A program made the position numbers and the translations under genes. A stretch of 24,000 nt of DNA, from the NCBI GenBank assembly GCA_050043365.1, contig JBHJIP010000110.1, positions 10,012 through 34,011 of the forward strand, read 5' to 3'. Shown in pieces: positions 16,491 to 24,000 of the stretch. The number at the start of each line of letters is the position of its first letter. The first letter of the stretch is position 1. Under the pieces are notes generated by a model that ran no database searches, was not told the origin of the DNA, and saw only the letters and a list, made by a program, of their open reading frames with translations. The DNA comes from Leptolyngbyaceae cyanobacterium (GTDB lineage Bacteria > Cyanobacteriota > Cyanobacteriia > Phormidesmidales > Phormidesmidaceae).

Positions 16491-17321
16491 ATGAAATACC
16501 GTTCTCTAATAGCCTTCTTTTTAGCAATTTTTTTGGGTTTCCTGACAGCTTGTAGCAGCAGTCCCACCGCAGGAAATGACGCTTTGAGTTATGACGACAT
16601 TCGAGGTAGTGGGCTAGCCAACAATTGCCCGGAAATATCGGAATCGAGTCTCGATTCGATCAAGATAGCTACTGGCCAGTCTTATCAACTCAAAGAACTG
16701 TGTTTAGAACCCAAAACCTTTTTGGTGAAGCGATCTCCCCGCATCAAACGACAGAATAGTCAGTTTGAACTCACCAAACCCTTAACTCGAGAAAGTTTCA
16801 CCCTTGATCAGGTGAGTGGTTCGCTCAAGGCTGACTCTAACGGCATGCTGACCTTTAGCGAGCAGGGGGGCTTTGATTTTCAGCCGGTGACGGTACAGCT
16901 CCCCGATGGTGAACGGGTGCCACTGTTATTCACCATCAAGGGATTAGTGGCTCAAAATCAAGATTCCTCCGGTCGTCTCAGCACCTCTAGTCGTTTGGTC
17001 GGTACGTTTGATGTGCCGCCTTATCGCACCTCAAGTTTTATTGATCCTAAAGGGCGTGGTCTGTCGATGGGCTACGATGCGGCCGTCGGGCTACCCGTCA
17101 ATGCTGACAGTGAAGAATATGCTCGCCCGAACACAAAGGTATTTGATATTGACCAAGGGACCATTTCCTTGCAGATTAACCGGGTCAACCAAGCAACGGG
17201 CGAAGTTGCCGGTTTGTTTGAGAGCGCACAACCTTCGGATACTGACTTTGGTTCCAAAGAAGTTATGGACGTCAAAATTCAAGGCCACTTTTATGGTCGC
17301 ATTGAACCGGAAACCATCTAG
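16491..17321 (+). CDS. psbO: PsbO (manganese-stabilising protein) paralog with lipoprotein-type signal peptide
   Basis: The 276-aa ORF contains LSYDDIRGSGLANNCPE...ELCLEPKTFLVK...FDFQPVTVQLPDGERVPLLFTIKGLVA...FDVPPYRTSSFIDPKGRG...VKIQGHFYGRIEP, collinear with PsbO. The N-terminus MKYRSLIAFFLAIFLGFLTAC has a lipobox (L-T-A-C). Confidence 0.88.
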   Translation: MKYRSLIAFFLAIFLGFLTACSSSPTAGNDALSYDDIRGSGLANNCPEISESSLDSIKIATGQSYQLKELCLEPKTFLVKRSPRIKRQNSQFELTKPLTRESFTLDQVSGSLKADSNGMLTFSEQGGFDFQPVTVQLPDGERVPLLFTIKGLVAQNQDSSGRLSTSSRLVGTFDVPPYRTSSFIDPKGRGLSMGYDAAVGLPVNADSEEYARPNTKVFDIDQGTISLQINRVNQATGEVAGLFESAQPSDTDFGSKEVMDVKIQGHFYGRIEPETI

Positions 17322-17445
17322 GGCGTGTGGACAATCAACGGCAAAACCCTGACTGGGTAGGCATGAGCCCGTTCTAATGAATCAAGCTAGGGGCTGTAAC
17401 CGCCTTGCGGCAAGGAACCTAGCTTTAATTGTCCACAGCCCCTAG
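17318..17445. repeat. MITE-like element, copy 3 (best preserved)
   Basis: The 128-bp element has 18-bp terminal inverted repeats, CTAGGGCGTGTGGACAAT and ATTGTCCACAGCCCCTAG, with 2 mismatches. An internal copy of the TIR core (CTAGGGGCTGT) and an internal hairpin (AAGCTAGG...CCTAGCTT) are present. Its first bases supply the psbO-paralog TAG stop codon. Confidence 0.8.
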
Positions 17446-17586
17446 TTGAGTTTGGCGGGAATAGACCAACTATGGACAGCCCACTCCCCTTACATTCACC
17501 GGCGCTGTTGTTTCTGACAGCGCCCCCAGATAAGCCAACTGCTGTCGCAGTCCATTAGACATTCATTCAACAATAAGACTACAACC

Positions 17587-17721
17587 ATGACGAATGTAAA
17601 TCGTTCATCTGAGATTAACTATCCGATTTTCACTGTTAGGTGGCTAGCGGTACATACCCTAGCGATTCCTACCGTGTTCTTTCTTGGTGCGATCGCGGCG
17701 ATGCAGTTTATTCAGCGCTAA
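17587..17721 (+). CDS. psbF: Cytochrome b559 beta subunit (PsbF) paralog, not in the ORF track
   Basis: My translation is [44 protein letters not shown] (44 aa). Canonical PsbF reads ...[33 protein letters not shown]. The heme-ligand His is retained. No psbE, psbL or psbJ is adjacent. Confidence 0.88.
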   Translation: MTNVNRSSEINYPIFTVRWLAVHTLAIPTVFFLGAIAAMQFIQR

Positions 17722-17733
17722 TGCGGTAAACAC

Positions 17734-17771
17734 AATCAGCCCCCAGAATTTGTAAATCCTGGGGGCTGATT
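17734..17771. terminator. Bidirectional terminator hairpin between convergent psbF and psbV paralogs
   Basis: A 12-bp perfect stem, AATCAGCCCCCA / TGGGGGCTGATT, has a 14-nt loop and AT-rich flanks on both sides. Confidence 0.6.
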
Positions 17772-17778
17772 ATAGAAA

Positions 17779-18291
17779 TTATCGTTTGGGTTTCCCTCCG
17801 GCCCACTGATCTCCAACGATTTTAGGTTGCACCAAAATGTGCCCGGCAATCGCGGTCAGGTCATCTTTGCTTAGGTCACGCATCTTAGGAAATAGATCCG
17901 TTCGTTGAGTCGAGGGATGGAATTTCGACAGGTCTTGTAAGCCGTCATAGGTCGTGGGATTTTCCAGATAATCGACGATGCTGGCAACAGTGTTGCGCGG
18001 CGGCGTTGCCAAGGCTAAACTTCCGGGGCTTAAATCAACGATAGGGTTGGTTTTAGTCACGCCATCTAAGTGGCACGAGGCACAGCTACCGTTAAATTTA
18101 CGTTGACCAATTGCTAACTGGTTGGTCGTCAAAGTTGTTTGTCTGCCTTCGGCATTTAAAGGAATAGTGCGGGTCACTTTATCGATAGAAGCCGCCATCG
18201 CGACGCCTGTCCAAAAGGTTATTGCAATCATTCCTGCGCAGAGTGGAAGAATAAAATATCTAGCCACTATTTTTTTCGAAGTATAAAGCAT
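17779..18291 (-). CDS. psbV: Cytochrome c-550 (PsbV) paralog
   Basis: The 170-aa ORF has a signal peptide ending AMA|AS. It contains TIPLNAEG...CASCH (heme CxxCH)...TKTNP..DL...LALATPPRN...VDYLENPTTYDG...FHPS (distal His)...LFPKMRDLSKDDLTAIAGHILVQPKIVGDQW. Confidence 0.88.
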   Translation of the reverse strand: MLYTSKKIVARYFILPLCAGMIAITFWTGVAMAASIDKVTRTIPLNAEGRQTTLTTNQLAIGQRKFNGSCASCHLDGVTKTNPIVDLSPGSLALATPPRNTVASIVDYLENPTTYDGLQDLSKFHPSTQRTDLFPKMRDLSKDDLTAIAGHILVQPKIVGDQWAGGKPKR

Positions 18292-19109
18292 TTCTTCTCC
18301 TTAAAGCAGTTTATCAACAGCATAAAAATATCATAATTTATTGAGCTAAAAATCATTTGCATAGATTTTCTTGAAATTTGAATTTAGAATCTGTCAGCGC
18401 TGAATTTCTAAAGATTAAAAAAGCAAAAATTAAGACTAATAGACCTAAAGAGGTCGAGTCATTAACGGGTGGCGGAATGCTAAGCCGACTATCTATGAAA
18501 ACTACAGAATAAGGACCCGGTCGCTATCGGTCTATTCAAAGCCTGTAGGGAAGAGAGCTTTGCTCCGCCTGGGAGGCTGTTTAAAAAGGGGATTGGCTGA
18601 AGCCTTGATGCTACCGCTGCCTATTTTGGGTGATCCATGTAGCGAAACGAGATCCAGAGAACTTTTCAAATAGCCTCTGAACTGATTGGCTCGTAGAGCT
18701 TTCAGCAGCTTATATGACTTGAGTCTTGCTGCGTTTAGCTATATTAGTGTGAATTTTTAAGCGAGTTCTGATGAATTCTGGGGGAATCAGCCCATTGTGC
18801 GGTGGCGGCGAAAAGGAAGCCAAGAAAACGCTTACACAGCTTAAAAAGCAACGATATCTGCTGATGCCTGTAACTTTTCCTAAAGTGAAAGGTGGCCTTC
18901 ATTAGTTCTTCATTTTTTCTCTTTAGTCTTGCTTCATCAATTGAGAGAACACCATTACAGAAAGCCGTTAAAGCTTCTGGTCTAAATGGGGTTGTTTCGG
19001 TTGGGGACTCTTCATGATTTCCCATGCCAATAGGCAAGTTTTGTGCTGCTCTTTTGGAGCAGTATAAGCAGATTTTGGCATTCAAAAACGTGATTTTAGG
19101 AGCTTTAAG

Positions 19110-20321
19110 ATGACACAGTTTGGTAGAGCGATCGCCCTTGATCGTCCTGACCAACTAAAAGGCTTGCCCAACTCGAGCAGACCTTTAGATGAAGTTACGT
19201 CAGTTCCTTCCAGACCTGCTGACGAAACGTTGGCAACCCCCAAGGTTCATCCTTGGGAACGTTTTTGTCGTTGGGTGACGAGTACTGAAAACCGTATTTA
19301 TATCGGTTGGTTTGGGATCTTGATGATTCCCACCTTGTCGACTGCTGCGATTGTTTTTGTGCTGGCGTTTGTGCTAGCTCCGGCGGTGGATATTAACGGC
19401 ACTGGGCACCTAATGTCGGGGTCACTACTCGACGGCAATAACCTAATCACGGCGGCGGTTGTGCCGACTTCTCCGGCAGTGGGTCTACACTTTTATCCCC
19501 TTTGGGAAGCCGCGTCTCTTAATGAATGGTTGGTTAACGGCGGACCTTACCAACTCATCGTGCTGCACTTTTTGATTGGCATCATTGCCTACCAAGATCG
19601 GGAATGGGAGCTGAGCTACCGTCTGGGCATGCGTCCGTGGATCTCGCTGGCCTTCACCGCACCGGTTGCGGCGGCCTTTTCAGTGCTGCTGATTTACCCA
19701 ATCGGGCAAGGTGGTTTCTCCTCAGGCATGCCTTTGGGGATCTCTGGTACGTTCACGTTCATGTTGCAGTTTCAGGCCGATCACAATATCCTGGCCAACC
19801 CACTGCATCAGGTAGGGGTGATTGGCGTGTTTGGGGGGTCTCTGTTGTGTGCCGCCCACGGCTCTTTGGTGACCTCTGCCCTGCTTCGCCAGCCTGAGGG
19901 TGACAAGCTCACCTCGTTTCGCAAACCACGCTGGGCTAGGACGCCTATCCCCGCCTACAGCTTTGAGCACATTCAAGCCAATCAGCAAAAGGTGCTGTGG
20001 CCAGGGGCCAGCTTTCGGTCCTCGAGATCGCTGCACTTCTTTTTAGCGGCCTTTCCGGTAGCAGGCATTTGGTCTGCGGCTATGGGCATTGATATGGCAG
20101 CCTTTGGCTTCGATCAGGTGGGGAACAGTCCGGTGGGGTCGAGCTATGGCCAAAAAGCCGTTGTTCCTACTTGGGCCGACGTCGTCACTCAGGCCAATCA
20201 GGGAATTCGTGCCCTCGCTGTAGAAGAAACCACGACCTTTCCTGAGTCTTTAACTGTTGCTGACGCTCCAGAACTGCTCGTGCCGCTCTCATCGCGCCAG
20301 TCACCGGCCCCACCTTCATAG
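19110..20321 (+). CDS. chlF: Chlorophyll f synthase ChlF (super-rogue D1, PsbA4)
   Basis: The 403-aa ORF has a D1 scaffold ([42 protein letters not shown]). The OEC ligands are lost: D170->S (GGFSSG), E189->D (QADHNIL), and the C-terminal [13 protein letters not shown] motif is absent. The QD motif is present ([10 protein letters not shown], against [10 protein letters not shown] in D1). AGGAG lies 8 nt upstream of the ATG, and there is a ~35-aa N-terminal extension. Confidence 0.88.
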   Translation: MTQFGRAIALDRPDQLKGLPNSSRPLDEVTSVPSRPADETLATPKVHPWERFCRWVTSTENRIYIGWFGILMIPTLSTAAIVFVLAFVLAPAVDINGTGHLMSGSLLDGNNLITAAVVPTSPAVGLHFYPLWEAASLNEWLVNGGPYQLIVLHFLIGIIAYQDREWELSYRLGMRPWISLAFTAPVAAAFSVLLIYPIGQGGFSSGMPLGISGTFTFMLQFQADHNILANPLHQVGVIGVFGGSLLCAAHGSLVTSALLRQPEGDKLTSFRKPRWARTPIPAYSFEHIQANQQKVLWPGASFRSSRSLHFFLAAFPVAGIWSAAMGIDMAAFGFDQVGNSPVGSSYGQKAVVPTWADVVTQANQGIRALAVEETTTFPESLTVADAPELLVPLSSRQSPAPPS

Positions 20322-20441
20322 CGCTTCGCTATCGGGCCGTTTTTTCTTGACCGCCGTAATGCCTCGCCTGACGTCATTTACCTCTTGATTTGCGGGGCTG
20401 TCATTATCAACTTTTTTGTTTAGCAAATGTGGGAGGTTTTA

Positions 20442-22799
20442 ATGACCAAGAGTCCTCCAAAGCAGAGGCAACCGGTTCAGGTCAATGTCGATCAAAATCC
20501 GGTCCCTACCTCCTTTGAGAAGTGGGCCAAGCCGGGCCATTTTGATCGCACTCTGGCCCGAGGTCCCAAAACCACGACCTGGATTTGGAACCTCCATGCC
20601 GATGCCCATGACTTTGATAGCCATACCAGTGATTTAGAAGATGTTTCTCGCAAAATCTTCTCGGCTCACTTTGGACACCTGGCAATCATCTTTATCTGGC
20701 TGAGCGGCATGCATTTTCATGGCGCGAGATTTTCTAACTTTTCGGCTTGGATGGCCGACCCAACCAACATTAAGCCTAGTGCCCAAATCGTCTGGCCGCT
20801 CGTCGGTCAGGAGATTTTGAACGCCGATGTCGGTGGCGGCTTCCAGGGCATTCAAATTACCTCTGGCCTGTTTCAAATGTGGCGGGGACAAGGGTTCACC
20901 CATGAGTTCCAGCTTTTTTGGACGGCGATGGGTGCCTTGGTGATGGCCGCAATCATGCTGTTTGCGGGCTGGTTTCACTATCACATGAGAGCCCCCAAGC
21001 TAGAGTGGTTCCGCAATTGGGAATCGATGATGAACCATCACCTGGCTGGGCTGCTGGGGCTGGGCAGTTTGGGTTGGGCGGGTCACTTAATCCATGTGGC
21101 GGTGCCAACCAATCGGCTGATGGATGCAGGGGTATTGCCGCAAAACGTGCCGTTGCCCCACGAGTTTATTCTCGATAAGAGCCTGATGGTAGAGCTATTT
21201 CCCAGCTTTGCCCAGGGTGTGAAGCCGTTTTTCACCTTAAATTGGTCGGCCTATACCGATTTTCTCACCTTTAGGGGGGGGCTAAATCCGGTAACGGGCG
21301 GGCTGTGGATGACCGATATTGCCCACCACCACGTGGCGATCTCCGTCCTGTTTATCATTGCGGGTCATTTTTACCGCACCAACTGGTGCATTGGCCATAG
21401 TTTTCGCGAACTGTTGGATGATGCCCGCACGCCCAAGATGTTCCCCTTGTTCAATTTCATTGGGCCAGTGGGGCACCGGGGGCTCGACAAGATCTTTGAG
21501 ACGTCGTGGCACGCCAATCTCGCCATTCACCTGGTTCAATTTGGCACGGCCAGCCTGCTAGTGGCCCATCATATGTATGTGATGCCGCCCTATCCTTACC
21601 TGGCCACTGACTATGCCACGGTGACCTCGCTGTTTACCCACCATGTGTGGATTGCTGGATTCTGCATTGTCGGCGGGGCGGCCCATGCCGGGATCTTCCT
21701 AGTGCGGGACTATAACCCCGCTGATCACGTCAACAACGTGCTGGATCGGGTGCTGCGTCACCGCGACGCTATCATTTCTCACCTGGTTTGGGTCTGCCAG
21801 TTCTTAGGCTTCCACAGCTTTGCCATGTACTGTCACAACGACACCATGCGAGCCTTTGGTCGCCCGCAGGACATGTTTTCCGATACGGGGATTCAGCTCC
21901 AGCCGGTGTTTGCCCAGTGGATTCAGCACATCCACACCATAGCCATCAATAACCCAGCAGTGCAGGCGGCTCAGCCGTTAGGCGATGTGTTCGGCGGGGC
22001 GCGCAACATCGACTTGGTCGGCTTGGGGACAACAGTGCCCGGCATCATGAACCCCATCAGCCATGCCTTTGGCGGTGGAGTCGTGGCAGTCGGCGGCAAG
22101 GTGGCGATGATGCCCATCCAACTCGGGACTGCTGATTTCCTGATTCACCACATCCATGCCTTCACCATTCACGTGACGGTGTTGGTGCTGCTCAAGGGGG
22201 TGCTGTTCTCCCGCAATTCGCGCTTGATTCCTGACAAGGGTAAGTTGGGTTTTCGCTTCCCCTGCGATGGCCCCGGTCGCGGTGGCACCTGCCAAGTTTC
22301 CGCTTGGGATCATGTCTTTCTGGGGCTGTTCTGGATGTATAACTGCCTGTCGATTGTGATTTTCCACTTCTTTTGGAAGATGCAGTCAGACGTGTGGGGC
22401 ACGGTGAATGCCGACGGCACGATCTCCCATATCACCGCTGGCAATTTTGCCCAATCATCCATTACCAATAATGGCTGGCTGCGCGACTTTCTCTGGTCCC
22501 AGGCGTCGCAGGTGATTGGCTCCTACGGGTCGGCACTATCTGCCTATGGTCTGCTCTTCTTGGCAGGGCACTTCGTCTTTGGGTTCAGCTTGATGTTCTT
22601 GTTCAGTGGTCGCGGCTACTGGCAAGAGCTGATTGAGTCTATCGTGTGGGCCCACAACAAACTGCGAATCACGACGGTGATGCAACCCCGTGCGCTGAGT
22701 AGCACCCTAGGCCGCGCGGTGGGAGTAGCCCATTATCTCTTGGGCGGTATTGTCACTACCTGGGCCTTTTTCCTAGCCCGCATGGCGGCAGTGGGGTAG
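20442..22799 (+). CDS. psaA2: Photosystem I P700 apoprotein A1, far-red paralog
   Basis: PsaA homology is full length, including the FX motif [15 protein letters not shown] and the C-terminus [25 protein letters not shown]. The track ORF starts at 20427, but GGGAGG at 20431-20436 fits the ATG at 20442 (MTKSPP...). Confidence 0.9.
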   Translation: MTKSPPKQRQPVQVNVDQNPVPTSFEKWAKPGHFDRTLARGPKTTTWIWNLHADAHDFDSHTSDLEDVSRKIFSAHFGHLAIIFIWLSGMHFHGARFSNFSAWMADPTNIKPSAQIVWPLVGQEILNADVGGGFQGIQITSGLFQMWRGQGFTHEFQLFWTAMGALVMAAIMLFAGWFHYHMRAPKLEWFRNWESMMNHHLAGLLGLGSLGWAGHLIHVAVPTNRLMDAGVLPQNVPLPHEFILDKSLMVELFPSFAQGVKPFFTLNWSAYTDFLTFRGGLNPVTGGLWMTDIAHHHVAISVLFIIAGHFYRTNWCIGHSFRELLDDARTPKMFPLFNFIGPVGHRGLDKIFETSWHANLAIHLVQFGTASLLVAHHMYVMPPYPYLATDYATVTSLFTHHVWIAGFCIVGGAAHAGIFLVRDYNPADHVNNVLDRVLRHRDAIISHLVWVCQFLGFHSFAMYCHNDTMRAFGRPQDMFSDTGIQLQPVFAQWIQHIHTIAINNPAVQAAQPLGDVFGGARNIDLVGLGTTVPGIMNPISHAFGGGVVAVGGKVAMMPIQLGTADFLIHHIHAFTIHVTVLVLLKGVLFSRNSRLIPDKGKLGFRFPCDGPGRGGTCQVSAWDHVFLGLFWMYNCLSIVIFHFFWKMQSDVWGTVNADGTISHITAGNFAQSSITNNGWLRDFLWSQASQVIGSYGSALSAYGLLFLAGHFVFGFSLMFLFSGRGYWQELIESIVWAHNKLRITTVMQPRALSSTLGRAVGVAHYLLGGIVTTWAFFLARMAAVG

Positions 22800-22869
22800 C
22801 GGATACGGGCATGGCATCGCCATGCCTGCCCCCCCTGTTTGACATCTGTCTTTTAACCCAATTGCAATT

Positions 22870-23886
22870 ATGGCGACAAAATTTCCGAAATTTAGTCAGG
22901 ATTTGCAGCGAGATCCGACCACTCGCCGCATCTTTTATGCGATCGCCACAGCCCATGACTTTGAGAGTCACGATGGGATGACGGAGGAAAATCTGTATCA
23001 GCGGATTTTTGCCTCCCACTTTGGTCATCTCGCCATTATCTTTTTGTGGATATCTGGCATCTTGTTTCATGTGGCTTGGCAAGGCAACTTTGAACAGTGG
23101 ATTCAAGATCCGCTGAATACTAGACCCATTGCCCATGCCATTTGGGATGCCCAATTTGGCCCAGCGGTGATCGAAGCTTACACCCAAGCCGGAGCCCGGA
23201 ATCCGGTCGATATTTGCTACTCCGGGGTGTATCACTGGTGGTACACCATCGGTATGCGCACCAACACTGACTTGTTTGTGGGTTCGCTATTTTTGCTGCT
23301 GCTGGCCAGCGTCATGCTCTATGCCGGGTGGCTGCACCTGCAACCTAAGTTCCGGCCTAGTTTGGCCTGGTTCAAGAATGCTGAATCACGGCTGAACCAC
23401 CACCTGGCCGGTCTCTTTGGGGTCAGTGCCCTGGCGTGGACAGGGCACTTGGTGCATGTGGCGATTCCCGAATCGCGGGGGCAGCATGTCGGGTGGGATA
23501 ACTTCCTTGCTGTGCGTCCCCATCCAGAAGGACTGACGCCCTTCTTTACCGGCAACTGGGGGGCCTATGCCCAAAATCCCGATACGGTAGACCATCTCTT
23601 TAACACGAGTCAGGGGGCGGGCACCGCCATTCTCACCTTTTTGGGGGGCTTTCATCCCCAGACGGAATCCCTCTGGCTGACGGACATGGCCCATCACCAT
23701 CTGGCGATCGCCGTCATCTTTATTATTGCCGGTCACATGTACCGCACCGTTTTTGGCATTGGCCACAATATTAAAGAAATGACCGAAGCCCTCCAGGGTC
23801 CAGGTTCGAGTGGCTTTTTCATCGCTCCGAATACGGGACGCGGTCACAAAGGTATCTATGACACACGACTTGGCAAACTTCAGTGA
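22870..23886 (+). pseudogene. psaB2: Photosystem I P700 apoprotein A2 far-red paralog, 5' ~45% only; the frame leaves PsaB homology after ...GHKGIYDT (~23865) and stops at 23886
   Basis: The ORF starts [44 protein letters not shown] and contains [23 protein letters not shown]. After codon ~332, canonical PsaB continues INNSLHFQLG. Here the sequence reads RLGKLQ*, and no other frame resumes PsaB-like sequence before the window ends. Confidence 0.75.
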
Positions 23887-23910
23887 GAGGAAAATAAATA
23901 AGGAGTTGAG

Positions 23911-24000
23911 TTGTGTATTTCAGATAGGCATCATCACCTCCACGACTTGCTCAACCGATTGGCCTTGCTCAAAGAGAGCATTAGCCAACTGCAACATTGC
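23911..24000 (+). CDS. 5' end of an unidentified ORF within the sequence interrupting psaB2 (runs off the window)
   Basis: AGGAG at 23901-23905 is followed 5 nt later by TTG. An open frame of 30 codons (LCISDRHHHLHDLLNRLALLKESISQLQHC...) runs to the window edge, with an in-frame TAA just upstream. Its identity is unknown. Confidence 0.3.
   Translation, partial: MCISDRHHHLHDLLNRLALLKESISQLQHC

Noticed and set aside
16280-16555. 91-aa plus-strand ORF overlapping the psbO-paralog start
   Set aside because: It is out of frame with, and overlaps, the well-supported PsbO signal peptide, and has no motifs. It is spurious.
18744-19154. 136-aa minus-strand ORF in the AT-rich spacer, overlapping the chlF start
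   Set aside because: It has no recognisable domain, odd composition, no SD, and overlaps the chlF 5' end by 45 nt. I do not call it a gene. Only its short similarity to 15614-15862 is kept as a finding.
20427-20441. The upstream ATG at 20427 as the psaA2 start ([11 protein letters not shown])
   Set aside because: The GGGAGG at 20431-20436 lies inside this extension and is correctly spaced for the ATG at 20442. PsaA N-termini begin near MT.SPP.
1-24000. HIP1 (GCGATCGC) palindromes as regulatory sites, and a search for CRISPR arrays, rRNA, or rfpA/B/C regulators
   Set aside because: HIP1 is a genome-wide cyanobacterial signature found here mostly inside coding sequence, so these are not local operators. 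I found no regularly spaced direct repeats, no rRNA-like sequence, and no phytochrome or response-regulator ORFs in the window.

Overview
This window is cyanobacterial: the HIP1 octamer GCGATCGC occurs about 20 times, and the genes encode phycobilisome, PSI and PSII proteins. Most of it (about 3.0-23.9 kb) is a far-red light photoacclimation (FaRLiP) gene cluster. On the minus strand the gene order is apcD5-apcB2-apcD2-apcE2-apcD3-psbD3-psbC2-psbB2-psbH2, followed by an unannotated 48-codon ORF and a ycf35-like gene. On the plus strand lie a far-red-type D1 (psbA3), the chlorophyll f synthase chlF (a 'super-rogue' psbA4 that lacks the Mn ligands and carries the QD motif), psaA2, and the 5' part of psaB2. 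Paralog numbers are assigned from gene order as I remember it for published FaRLiP clusters, not from a database search. Several points go beyond the canonical cluster as I recall it. (1) A psbO / orphan psbF / psbV paralog module sits between the apc operon and chlF, and the PsbO copy has a lipoprotein-type signal peptide. (2) psaB2 leaves PsaB homology after codon ~332 and runs into unrelated sequence that opens a new ORF, so it may be an insertion. (3) A 66-codon ORF resembling the D1 N-terminus overlaps the apcD3 start codon (ATGA). (4) ApcD3 and ApcE2 both lack the canonical bilin-binding Cys. (5) ApcE2 has a 21-bp tandem-repeat-encoded Pro/Ala/Thr tail. (6) Three copies of a ~128-bp MITE-like palindromic element lie inside the cluster. 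(7) The AT-rich intergenic islands share a homologous segment and five ATTTGCAT octamers. The left 3 kb is ordinary flank: a TIR-domain membrane protein, a DUF3493-like gene, yccF and tRNA-Thr(CGU). No rfpA/B/C regulators, psaL2/I2/F2/J2 genes or CRISPR arrays are present in the window. The species cannot be determined from the sequence alone.
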